NCBI GenBank assembly: GCA_023267635.1
Contig: JAHFMX010000002.1
Coordinates: forward strand, 21,307-85,306
Reading direction: 5' to 3'
DNA: 64,000 nt
Source: a bacterium
Lineage (GTDB): Bacteria > Patescibacteriota > Minisyncoccia > Phycocordibacterales > UBA5272
Shown here: one piece after another, positions 26,083 to 34,881 of the stretch
How the letters are laid out: every line of letters starts with the position of its first letter
Position numbering within the stretch: position 1 is the stretch's first letter
Made by a program: the position numbers and the translations under genes
Notes under the pieces: generated by a model
What the model was told of the DNA's origin: nothing
Seen by the model: the letters and a program-made list of their open reading frames with translations, nothing else
Databases searched by the model: none

Positions 26083-27585
26083 TTAGTCAACATCTACATA
26101 ATCTGAATGACGAATTATATCGTCATTACTTGTTCCAGGGCCAATCCAAGCAATAAGTATAGTTCCTTCGTTTGAGTGTTTTTCGAGTGTTGCGTTAACA
26201 AGTAGAGAAAAAGCATCCGCCAAGTCATCATGTTTTTCTACACCAAAGCCAACTAATTCTCTAATTAAATCTTCACACCCTTGTCGTGGAAACTTAATAA
26301 TTCCTGACTTAATAGAGGTAGAAGTAAGTGCTAGTCTTGTTCTTTTATCACCCTTTGGTTTTATTGCTTCTGCTTGAATTCCTTGCATTTGTAACATTTG
26401 TGGTAATGCTTCTTGATATGCAACACTTTCAACGAATAACTTATCAGTACTCTTTGGCATTTGAGTAATCTTGATGTTTTTCATGAGTTCAACTTGTGCG
26501 GGAAAGTTTAGTTTCTTGGTTATAGGATTAGGTAAGATATAGATTCGTAATTTATCTCTTCTTCCGTATATACGAGCCATAACAACAGCAGTAAAGTCGG
26601 CTGAATCACTTGCAGATATTGCAAGATCAACACCCGCATAAGTTCCACGATATGCCTTATGTGTAGCAGGAGGTAATTCATCGTAAAACTTTAACCACTC
26701 TGGGTAAATAACTTGGTCATCACTTGGAATAATACGAAGTAAGTATTCTCGTTGCCATGATACCTCACTAGCAACTTTTAGTTTCTCTTCCTCGATAGCT
26801 TCTTTATTTGGATATTTACCTGACCACAAACATATATCGTTTTCATCAAGTAATGGATACTGTTTGAATGTTCCTTTTGCCTTTCCATCCTTAATTTCTT
26901 CTTTTATTCTCATAAGTAGAGAATCTTCATGAAGTAAGTTACCTATAAGAATAAGTCGTGTATTTCTGTCTCCTGTAGGAATTACTTCACCGCGTAGCCA
27001 GTTATATGTTTTGTTTCTTCCTTCTCTTGTTTTAGCAGATTGCACATCTTCCACATCGTCGCAGATTATAAGATCAGGTCTATGTTCATTATGACGAATA
27101 CCACGAATACTTTGTTCAGTAGAAGCAACACTAATTCTTGCTCCATGTTTTTTAAATACCAATGAATATGATCCCCACTCGTCAGATTCCTCTTGGAAAG
27201 GACCGAGGTCTTTCTTGAGAAGATCATTATTCTCTAACTCTTGTTTAATGTTCATCATGTGCTGTTTCGCTTGTGCTCTTGTGTGACAGAAAATTACACA
27301 AAACTTTTTCTGTTGTTTTCCAAGTATCGCCCATATCGGATAAGCAGTTGTCGCCATCGTTGATTTACCTGATCCACGAAAAGCAACGACATATAAGTTT
27401 TCGTTATTACCTTTCTCTAGGAGGTGGATTATCTCTTTCTGGAAATCAGCCGTTTCGTACTTTACATAGTGAGCATAATAGAAATGAAAGAAGTAGAAAA
27501 AACTATCTTTAGTAATGGTGGTTCTAACCAATCTATCTTTCATCATTTTGTTTAGTAATGATTTATCAATGTTGTTATTTTTCAT
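26083..27585 (-). CDS. terL: Phage terminase large subunit
   Basis: 500 aa. Walker A AFRGSGKST, Walker B-like LIICDDVED, and a C-terminal RNaseH-like nuclease region. Confidence 0.75.
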   Translation of the reverse strand: MKNNNIDKSLLNKMMKDRLVRTTITKDSFFYFFHFYYAHYVKYETADFQKEIIHLLEKGNNENLYVVAFRGSGKSTMATTAYPIWAILGKQQKKFCVIFCHTRAQAKQHMMNIKQELENNDLLKKDLGPFQEESDEWGSYSLVFKKHGARISVASTEQSIRGIRHNEHRPDLIICDDVEDVQSAKTREGRNKTYNWLRGEVIPTGDRNTRLILIGNLLHEDSLLMRIKEEIKDGKAKGTFKQYPLLDENDICLWSGKYPNKEAIEEEKLKVASEVSWQREYLLRIIPSDDQVIYPEWLKFYDELPPATHKAYRGTYAGVDLAISASDSADFTAVVMARIYGRRDKLRIYILPNPITKKLNFPAQVELMKNIKITQMPKSTDKLFVESVAYQEALPQMLQMQGIQAEAIKPKGDKRTRLALTSTSIKSGIIKFPRQGCEDLIRELVGFGVEKHDDLADAFSLLVNATLEKHSNEGTILIAWIGPGTSNDDIIRHSDYVDVD

Positions 27586-27590
27586 ATTTG

Positions 27591-27992
27591 TTATTTATTA
27601 ATTTTTCTAATAGACTTTTGTTTTGTAATTGAAGCCAGTTTAAGAGCGTGTCTTACCACTTTTGCTTGAGACGGTGAAAGTGCTTCGTTGTCTTCTTTTG
27701 TCGTTATTTCAATCCTGTCTTTGTAGTTATCATTTCTATGACGCAACCAAAAAGAGATAGCCGAGTAGTTCTTCTCTTTGATCAGAGTAAGTAACTGTGA
27801 TTCACTCATGTCATTAACAAAAGCCACCCCACTTGTAAGTGCTTCATCCATTTTCTTCTCAAATGTTTTATCTTCCTTTCTCCAACGATAGACAGAGTTG
27901 CGAGATAGCCCTGTCTTCTCACATGCAACCTGTACTATCGGCACTTTTGTAAGCTCTTCTAAAAATTGATCTTGTATCTTATTCTTTTTCAT
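27591..27992 (-). CDS. Terminase small subunit-like HTH protein
   Basis: 133 aa. N-terminal HTH (VACEKTGLSRNSVYRWRKE). It is immediately upstream of terL. Confidence 0.45.
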   Translation of the reverse strand: MKKNKIQDQFLEELTKVPIVQVACEKTGLSRNSVYRWRKEDKTFEKKMDEALTSGVAFVNDMSESQLLTLIKEKNYSAISFWLRHRNDNYKDRIEITTKEDNEALSPSQAKVVRHALKLASITKQKSIRKINK

Positions 27993-29259
27993 AGAAGTTT
28001 TTGATTATCTCTGCTTTATTGCCAGTCAGTTTTTCGTAACGACGAATTGCCAAATCACAAAATACAGGTTCAATTTCTAGTGAGTACACCCTGCGACCAA
28101 GTTGTTCTGCACAGATCATAGTGCTTGCAGATCCTGAAAAGGCGTCAAAAATAATGTCACCTGGTTTAGTACAGCGCATAATGAATTTATGATGTAATTC
28201 TGGATTCTTACTTGTAGGGTGTTCCATCTGATTTGATGGAAGTCGCTTGGTTGCCCAGAGGTTTGATATTTCTTCAAGTAACTGGTTACCTGTACTTAAA
28301 TCTTTGTTCTGTATCTCGTTAAGATTTTTAACTAAATCAGATAAGTATGGTGACCCTTTACTTCCATAAACACAAAACTCTGTACACTTGTTAAATGCAA
28401 CAGCTGGGGTCGGTGATGAGTTGTTTTTAACCCAAACATTGAGTCTTCTATTCTTAATACCCAGTTCTATGTATAGCGTTTGAAAAACCCATACCCACGC
28501 TTCATCGCACCAGAATGCTACATGCAGGTCTTCTATAGATACAGCAAGAGCAGAATTCAAGACTTGTCGAATAAATTCCACATATTCTTTTGGTGATTGA
28601 TTGTCATCAAAGGTTCCTCCATAATTGCGAGTATTTCCTACACCTTTATCATACGAAAGCCCAATATTAAATGGCGGGTCACTGTAGATAGAGGTCGCTT
28701 TATGTTCACCGAATAGTTTTTGCACTGCATGTATGTTTGTTGAACTAGCACAGAGTAATTTGTGATCACCCATAATTATGAGATCACCCTTTTGCACAAC
28801 AGGGGTTTTTATTTTCTTTAATTCTTGATCTACATTGAACTTATCGTCTTTAGTGTCTCTATCTTCATCCCAAAACTTCGCAATTTCCATATCAGAAAAT
28901 CCTGCAAACTTTATGAGATCAAGATTAAATGATCTCAACTTTTCAAAATCCCACTCACCATCATTTACATTGCTTTCGAGTGCAATCTTGGTACGCTCAT
29001 CATCTGTGAGCGCACGATCTGGAATAAGAACAGACACTTCCTTAATTGCTAATTGAGTGAGTGCTGTTTTTCTTTGATTACCTGACAAAATTGTATTGTC
29101 GGTATCAACAACAATCACACTATGAAAACCACTTTGAATGATTTTATCTTTTAACTTCTCAAGTGCAACCTTTGTTATTTTCCGTGGGTTTTCTTTCCAA
29201 GGAATAAGATCTTTGACTTCTCGATTTTCTACACGCCATTGAATTTTTTGCATAAGCAT
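27979..29259 (-). CDS. ParB-like nuclease domain fused to DNA N6/N4 methyltransferase
   Basis: N-terminal ParB/Srx fold. Motif IV SDPPFNIG and motif I FDAFSGSASTMICAEQLGRRVYSLE. Confidence 0.75.
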   Translation of the reverse strand: MLMQKIQWRVENREVKDLIPWKENPRKITKVALEKLKDKIIQSGFHSVIVVDTDNTILSGNQRKTALTQLAIKEVSVLIPDRALTDDERTKIALESNVNDGEWDFEKLRSFNLDLIKFAGFSDMEIAKFWDEDRDTKDDKFNVDQELKKIKTPVVQKGDLIIMGDHKLLCASSTNIHAVQKLFGEHKATSIYSDPPFNIGLSYDKGVGNTRNYGGTFDDNQSPKEYVEFIRQVLNSALAVSIEDLHVAFWCDEAWVWVFQTLYIELGIKNRRLNVWVKNNSSPTPAVAFNKCTEFCVYGSKGSPYLSDLVKNLNEIQNKDLSTGNQLLEEISNLWATKRLPSNQMEHPTSKNPELHHKFIMRCTKPGDIIFDAFSGSASTMICAEQLGRRVYSLEIEPVFCDLAIRRYEKLTGNKAEIIKNFYEKE

Positions 29260-29421
29260 TTTATTTAATTAATTTCTAAATAAAATGTATGAAATAGAAA
29301 ATGCCTATTTCACACACGAAATAACAGAAGTCTAAAAAACTTCAATTATCTCTTGCGCGAAATAGGCACGGTCTAGGACGGTACACTATTCAACTTTTTA
29401 CTACGCATGAATAAACTATTG

Positions 29422-29823
29422 TCAGTTACCCTTTTTCATGCCACGAGTTAACCTGCCACCATTTTTACCTTGTAGAAAATGAGTTAGATCATCACCCGCA
29501 TAAATAGGAATACCTCCTTTTGGTAATTGGATTATTACTTTTTCTCCTGCTTTTTCATATTCACCAATAAGTGACATCAACTTTGAGTCACTAGGTAGAG
29601 GTATTTGAAAAGCAACAGTGTTACCTACTGGAGGGGAAACTGTTTTGATAGAAGAGTAAATTCTACCTGGTTTACCAAATCTAAAAGCATTCCTTATTTT
29701 TTCACCAATAGAAAGCGTAGGCTTTTTATTAGAAAGATGTAACTTTATATCGGTTAATTCAATAACTCTATACTTCATACCATCACGCATTTCTGTTGGT
29801 TTTACATTAATTTGGTAATCCAT
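29422..29823 (-). CDS. Hypothetical protein
   Basis: 133 aa with no recognisable motif. It sits between the ParB-methyltransferase gene and the divergent repressor. Confidence 0.3.
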   Translation of the reverse strand: MDYQINVKPTEMRDGMKYRVIELTDIKLHLSNKKPTLSIGEKIRNAFRFGKPGRIYSSIKTVSPPVGNTVAFQIPLPSDSKLMSLIGEYEKAGEKVIIQLPKGGIPIYAGDDLTHFLQGKNGGRLTRGMKKGN

Positions 29824-29911
29824 ACTTATATTATTCCATGGGTGGTGTATAATGTCAAACGATTGTTGATAGTAACTTGCTTTTCTAATTACACTTTACT
29901 ATAATAGTAAA

Positions 29912-30550
29912 ATGCATTTAATTCAAAAACAACTAATAGACCTAATAGCGACTAATCCAAATTTCGGAAAGCTAAGCTTAAGATCAATAGCGAAAGAAGT
30001 AGGTGCTGAAGGCAAGCCACAGACCGCTAAGTACCATTTACAAGAACTGGAAAAAGCTGGGTTTATTCAAATGAATCTAAAAGAAGGAATAATTAAACTA
30101 GTTAAAAAAGGTACAAATATATCTAGTAAAAGCCCTATCTTTTCAATACCAGTAGTAGGGTCTGCTAATTGTGGTTTACCAACAATATTTGCTGAACAGA
30201 ATATAGAAAACTTTTTAAAAGTTTCTTCCAGTATGTTACCAAAAAAGAAAAGTGGCTTATTTGCACTAATTGCAGACGGCGACAGTATGAATATGTGTAA
30301 CATAAACGGTAAGAGTATAGAAAGTGGAGATTTTGTACTAGTAGATAGTGAAGATAGGGTTTACAAAGATAAAGACATTGTAGTAGCTGTCGTTGATGGT
30401 TTAGCAACAATAAAAGAGCTTCATAGAGACCTAAAGAACAACAGAATAGTCTTAAAAGCTCTTTCAACTAAAAAGTATCTACCTATTTATCTAGGTGAGG
30501 ATGATGATTTTATCATAAATGGTAAAGTCGTGGGTATTATTAAAAGTTAA
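29912..30550 (+). CDS. CI/LexA-like repressor (HTH + S24 peptidase domain)
   Basis: N-terminal HTH (LRSIAKEVGAEGKPQTAKYHLQELEKAGFI). C-terminal GDSM serine and a downstream Lys (ATIKEL). It is divergent from the upstream gene. Confidence 0.7.
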   Translation: MHLIQKQLIDLIATNPNFGKLSLRSIAKEVGAEGKPQTAKYHLQELEKAGFIQMNLKEGIIKLVKKGTNISSKSPIFSIPVVGSANCGLPTIFAEQNIENFLKVSSSMLPKKKSGLFALIADGDSMNMCNINGKSIESGDFVLVDSEDRVYKDKDIVVAVVDGLATIKELHRDLKNNRIVLKALSTKKYLPIYLGEDDDFIINGKVVGIIKS

Positions 30551-30566
30551 TTAAATAAAAAATATT

Positions 30567-30977
30567 ATGTCACATCCAAGAGTATTTATAAGTTTCGATT
30601 TTGATCACAATGAAACAGATAAGTATCTGTTTGCAGGTCAAGCAAAAAATTCAAAAACACCATTTAATATTGAAGACTGGTCTTCAAAATCTCACCTTCC
30701 ACAAAATCAATGGGAGAAGTTAATCGAAGATAAAATCAACAGATCAAATATGGTTGTTGTTCTCGTGGGCAAAAGTATGGGGTCAGCTGGCGGAGTAGTA
30801 AAAGAAATTGCTTTTGCTAACAAAAATAATGTTCCAGTTTTTGGTGTGTATGTTGATGGAGCAAACACCAATAGCACTTTGCCAACAGGACTAGCAAGAA
30901 ACCGAGTAATCAGTTGGGATTGGGTAAAAATTGCAAGTGCTATTGATCAATTAATGAATGAAGGTAAAAACAAATAA
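30567..30977 (+). CDS. TIR-like domain protein (DUF1863/ThsB-like)
   Basis: RVFISFDFDHNETDKY...MVVVLVGKSMGSAGGVVKEIAFANKNNVPVFGVYVDG fits the MTH538/ThsB-type TIR-like pattern. Confidence 0.6.
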   Translation: MSHPRVFISFDFDHNETDKYLFAGQAKNSKTPFNIEDWSSKSHLPQNQWEKLIEDKINRSNMVVVLVGKSMGSAGGVVKEIAFANKNNVPVFGVYVDGANTNSTLPTGLARNRVISWDWVKIASAIDQLMNEGKNK

Positions 30978-30979
30978 CC

Positions 30980-31921
30980 ATGAGAAAAGCACTTGTAGTC
31001 GGTATAAATAACTATACGACAGCACCTCTCAAAGGTTGTATTAACGATGCATCAGCATTTGCTACCACAATAGAGAAAAATGGTGATGGGTCTCCAAATT
31101 TTGCAGTAAGACTAGAAACTAATATTTCTACAAAATCAGAATTGAAAACAATGATTAAAGAGTTGTTTGAGGGAGATAGTGATATTGCGTTGCTATATTT
31201 TTCTGGTCATGGTTTTGTAAATGAGATTGGTGGCTACATTGTTACACCTGACCATCAACGAAACGATGAGGGTGTTTCAATGGACGAAATTCTTGTATTA
31301 GCAAATAAATCAAAAGCAAAAGATAAAGTTATTATACTTGATTGTTGTAATTCTGGTGCGTTTGGATCACCAGCAATCACAGGTAGTAATTCTGCACAAA
31401 TAATTGAAGGTGTTGTTATTTTAACAGCAAGTAGACCAGATGAAAGCGCTATAGAGATTAATGGACATGGTATGTTCACAAATCTACTCATTGATGCATT
31501 ACAAGGGGGTGCGGCAGACCTTCGTGGTCATATAACTCCAGGCAGTGTATATGCTTACATAGACCAAGCTTTAGGGGCATGGGATCAGCGACCAGTATTT
31601 AAAACAAATGTTACAAGGTTTACATCTTTGCGAACAATCAATCCACAAGTTTCAGTTGAAGTATTGAGAAAAATTACTGAATATTTTACTACTCCAGAAC
31701 AAGAATACAAGCTTGATCCAACCTATGAGTTTGATAACAAAGATATTGCAGTTCCAGAGAAAGTTGCAATATTAAAGAACTTACAAAAACTAGTCAGCAT
31801 AGGATTAGTTGTTCCTGTTGGTGAAGAGCATATGTATTATGCTGCACAGAATTCAAAAAGCTGTAAATTAACTGCTCTTGGTTACCATTATTGGAGACTG
31901 GTAAAAGAGAGTAAGATATAA
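30980..31921 (+). CDS. Caspase-like (peptidase C14) protein with uncharacterised C-terminal domain
   Basis: Catalytic dyad context LLYFSGHGF (His) and VIILDCCNSGAFG (Cys). About 130 C-terminal residues are unassigned. Confidence 0.7.
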   Translation: MRKALVVGINNYTTAPLKGCINDASAFATTIEKNGDGSPNFAVRLETNISTKSELKTMIKELFEGDSDIALLYFSGHGFVNEIGGYIVTPDHQRNDEGVSMDEILVLANKSKAKDKVIILDCCNSGAFGSPAITGSNSAQIIEGVVILTASRPDESAIEINGHGMFTNLLIDALQGGAADLRGHITPGSVYAYIDQALGAWDQRPVFKTNVTRFTSLRTINPQVSVEVLRKITEYFTTPEQEYKLDPTYEFDNKDIAVPEKVAILKNLQKLVSIGLVVPVGEEHMYYAAQNSKSCKLTALGYHYWRLVKESKI

Positions 31922-31927
31922 CTTAAC

Positions 31928-32158
31928 ATGTTCGACGATAGAAGAAACAATGGAATATTAGGATTCGTTGAGTCCATGTTTAATTTTATTGGATGGCTTT
32001 TGTATATCTTGATTTGGGTTCCAATTAGTTGGATTTTTAGTTTACTTGGTCATTTTATTAAAGATGTGGCAACTGGTGTTTACGGAAAAATCGTTCAATT
32101 GACAGTAGTTTTTGTCTTCGGTTTGTTGGTTTACTTCTTCCAAACACATCTTAAATAG
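31928..32158 (+). CDS. Small 2-TM membrane protein
   Basis: 76 aa with two hydrophobic helices. Its start is 7 nt after the caspase-like gene stop. Confidence 0.35.
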   Translation: MFDDRRNNGILGFVESMFNFIGWLLYILIWVPISWIFSLLGHFIKDVATGVYGKIVQLTVVFVFGLLVYFFQTHLK

Positions 32159-32546
32159 TTACAGTGAGGTGTAATTTTATAAGTCGAGGATGTGTCACTT
32201 TTGTCACTTTTTAATAGACGCACGAGAAGGGTTAAAATGACATACTAAAAATTACTAGAAAAGCTTTGTGGGGTAACGACCCTGCAAGGTTCTATCACGA
32301 GAACCCTCACAATATGAGAAAACCAGCCCCAAAGGCTGGTTTTCTCATATTGTGACCCGTAGGCGAATCAGCAGATTCGTGGCTTGGCCCTCCCGACTTT
32401 TTTAAACTGTATTCAGTTTGTTAAAAGTCGCAGTCCCTTTAGGGAGTCACCTATCCTGCACGGGTGGTTTTTATATTGATTTGTCTCCCGAAAAAGAATA
32501 GGCTATATAGGAGATCAGTTCCTAACAATCAACTTGGAGAAATACC

Positions 32547-33101
32547 ATGAAAACCATACTGACGGCTATTCTTTTTGCTTCCCTCCACACGGGCGCAATG
32601 AGCCAAATCCTGTACACCGTGACAGACGTTTTGGATATAAAAAGAAGTCGACTGGAAATTTGGACCGCAGAAAAGCCAAAAGACGAGAATTCTCTCTATG
32701 AAGTCGTTAAAGAAGATCCTGCAAAAAAAGAGCTCTTTGAAAAACACATCCAGAGAAACTGGTTCAGAGAAATCCACCAAGCGGGTCAATCAACCTACTT
32801 CAGAGAAAGGCTCACTCTCCACCCAACCCAGATGGAGAACGGTGAGCGGAGCTACGGGTACATTGAAGAGCGTGACAGTAAAACTGACCTCGTGGTCAAT
32901 AGCTTTCCTCTCTTTTATACCCTGGTGACATTGAACGACTGGCGACGGGCGACATTCAAGATATATCTCCCTGACGGAATCGAGGAGGTTGTGACTAGGG
33001 ATTTTTACAGGAGAACCTACTCGTTCCCTTTTTACGAAAGTCGCATTGTTAGTCAATATGGTGTAGTCCAAAGCCATCTGATTTACAAACGTGAAAATTA
33101 A
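32547..33101 (+). CDS. Secreted hypothetical protein
   Basis: Signal peptide MKTILTAILFASLHTGAMSQ. GC is higher than the local background. Confidence 0.4.
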   Translation: MKTILTAILFASLHTGAMSQILYTVTDVLDIKRSRLEIWTAEKPKDENSLYEVVKEDPAKKELFEKHIQRNWFREIHQAGQSTYFRERLTLHPTQMENGERSYGYIEERDSKTDLVVNSFPLFYTLVTLNDWRRATFKIYLPDGIEEVVTRDFYRRTYSFPFYESRIVSQYGVVQSHLIYKREN

Positions 33102-33357
33102 CGCACAAACTACGCCAACAAAAGCGCCCCTTTCACGAGGGGTGCTTTATCATATAAACATGTTAGGATACATACATATGATTACTTCAGCTACCCCTTT
33201 CAGTAGAAAATGTCTCTTCTGTAAAATCGATTTAAACACTCGAAGTGGTTTTGAAACACGTGAGGATAAGGACACAATAAAGTATTGCAGTAGTAAGTGC
33301 CGAAAAGCTGATATTAGAAACTCTGGTAAGATGCAGCGTTCAAAGGCAAAGAGATAA
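33091..33357 (+). CDS. Small zinc-ribbon protein (start uncertain)
   Basis: CLFCK...YCSSKC pairs of cysteines with a basic C-terminus. Confidence 0.3.
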   Translation: MKINAQTTPTKAPLSRGVLYHINMLGYIHMITSATPFSRKCLFCKIDLNTRSGFETREDKDTIKYCSSKCRKADIRNSGKMQRSKAKR

Positions 33358-33487
33358 TCCTTCTCAACCAAAATCCCTAAAGCCTTAGGTGAAGTAAGAT
33401 ACGAGGCGTGAGAAATTTTTATGACTAAGATGTACGAATAGTACTTCGCAGGAAGAAAAATTTTTTACAACAAAGTAGGTTACTCAC

Positions 33488-34771
33488 CTAAGGCTTTAGG
33501 AGCCATTGCTTCTCCTGACGAACAAGAACCTTTCGCGGATCATGCGTCTCAGCTAAAATCATCTTCACTGCGTATTCCATACGAACACTTTGAGATCCCT
33601 TCACATAGACCACGTCCCCTTCTTTTAGAACTTGTACCAGTTCTTTCCCTGCATCAACTGATGTATCACACTGCATAATGTTTTCATCGAGCATTTTTCC
33701 ATCGAGTGCCCCTTCTGCTATGGTTCGCGCGCGAATACCAACCGTGTACAGCTTGTGTGCAGATTTTGCCGCCTCAAGACCAATTTTATAATGCTCATCC
33801 CGTGTGAACTCACCAAGTTCAAGCATGTCTCCAAGTACAGCAATCTTTCTACCCTTAGTATCAATCTCTCCGAGTGTTGCAAGTCCATGTTCCGCCGCCT
33901 TAGGAGAAGCGTTGTACGAGTCATCGATAATAATTGATCCGTTCATTCCTTGTAGAATTCGCATACGTCCTTTTGGCTTATCTCCATCACGAAGTGCGGC
34001 ACACGCTATCTCAAGCGATACACCAAGCTCACGAGCAACGGCGAGAGCTGGAAGCGCAGAATACACAGAAGATTTACCAACCACTTCTGGAAGTACAAGG
34101 TGGTGAGATGTTCCATCAATCATCACATCGGTTTCTGTTCCATCAAGTGGAGTACCGTACATACGAACATTGTTTGCTTTAATATCAGCCTGTTCATGAA
34201 TACCTACTCCCACCTTTCGAGCCTCTGTCTTGGTAAGCAGTGTTGCTGCGTCGTGATCGTCTGCGTTGTAAATAAAAAGACCAGACTCTTTAAGTGCAGA
34301 TACAAGGTGTGCTTTTTCAGCAACTACAGCATCGCGGTCTTTGAAAAATTCAATATGTACTGGTACCTGTCCGAACTGAGTAACAACCGTGATGTCAGGT
34401 GTTAGCCAACTTGTAATTGCTTTAATATCCCCTGGTCTGTCTGCACCAATTTCAAGAATTAAGTGTGTTGGGTATTGTTTATTAAACGGAACAAGTAATC
34501 CACGTCCCAAAATCCCGGCCCAGCGTGCAGGACTACTCCATCCTGACTTCTCTCCTAAGATAGTAAGAGGTACTCCAAATTCACTATTTAAACTTTTCTC
34601 ACTACGGCGTACATGGAAACTATCTTTCATCACCGCGTAGATGGCGTCTTTGGTTGAAGTCTTTCCAAGGTTTCCTGTCACTCCGATAATAAACGGTTTC
34701 TGGCGGGCGAGGATAAGCTTTGCCTCCCATGTAAGAAGTTTAATAATGAGAGGTTTAAAGAGGTCTTTCAT
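33488..34771 (-). CDS. murF: Mur ligase family protein (MurF-like)
   Basis: ATP-binding VTGNLGKTSTK and the Mur-ligase DDSYNASP motif. 427 aa. Confidence 0.55.
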   Translation of the reverse strand: MKDLFKPLIIKLLTWEAKLILARQKPFIIGVTGNLGKTSTKDAIYAVMKDSFHVRRSEKSLNSEFGVPLTILGEKSGWSSPARWAGILGRGLLVPFNKQYPTHLILEIGADRPGDIKAITSWLTPDITVVTQFGQVPVHIEFFKDRDAVVAEKAHLVSALKESGLFIYNADDHDAATLLTKTEARKVGVGIHEQADIKANNVRMYGTPLDGTETDVMIDGTSHHLVLPEVVGKSSVYSALPALAVARELGVSLEIACAALRDGDKPKGRMRILQGMNGSIIIDDSYNASPKAAEHGLATLGEIDTKGRKIAVLGDMLELGEFTRDEHYKIGLEAAKSAHKLYTVGIRARTIAEGALDGKMLDENIMQCDTSVDAGKELVQVLKEGDVVYVKGSQSVRMEYAVKMILAETHDPRKVLVRQEKQWLLKP

Positions 34772-34881
34772 GAGGGCGAATGAAGTTTTTGACGTTAGGT
34801 CAGTTAAATTAGTACCTACTAAGAATCTGTTTATTATAACATGAGAGCGACACCGTAGGTGTCGCTCTCATGTATCTCCTA

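Noticed and set aside
32160-32546. tmRNA, RNase P RNA or a riboswitch as the identity of the structured intergenic region
   Set aside because: None of the signature motifs were visible. These are the tmRNA tRNA-like 3' end with GGTTCGA T-arm and CCA, the RNase P P4 GGAAAGTCCGG / ACAGAAACCCGG blocks, and common riboswitch cores.
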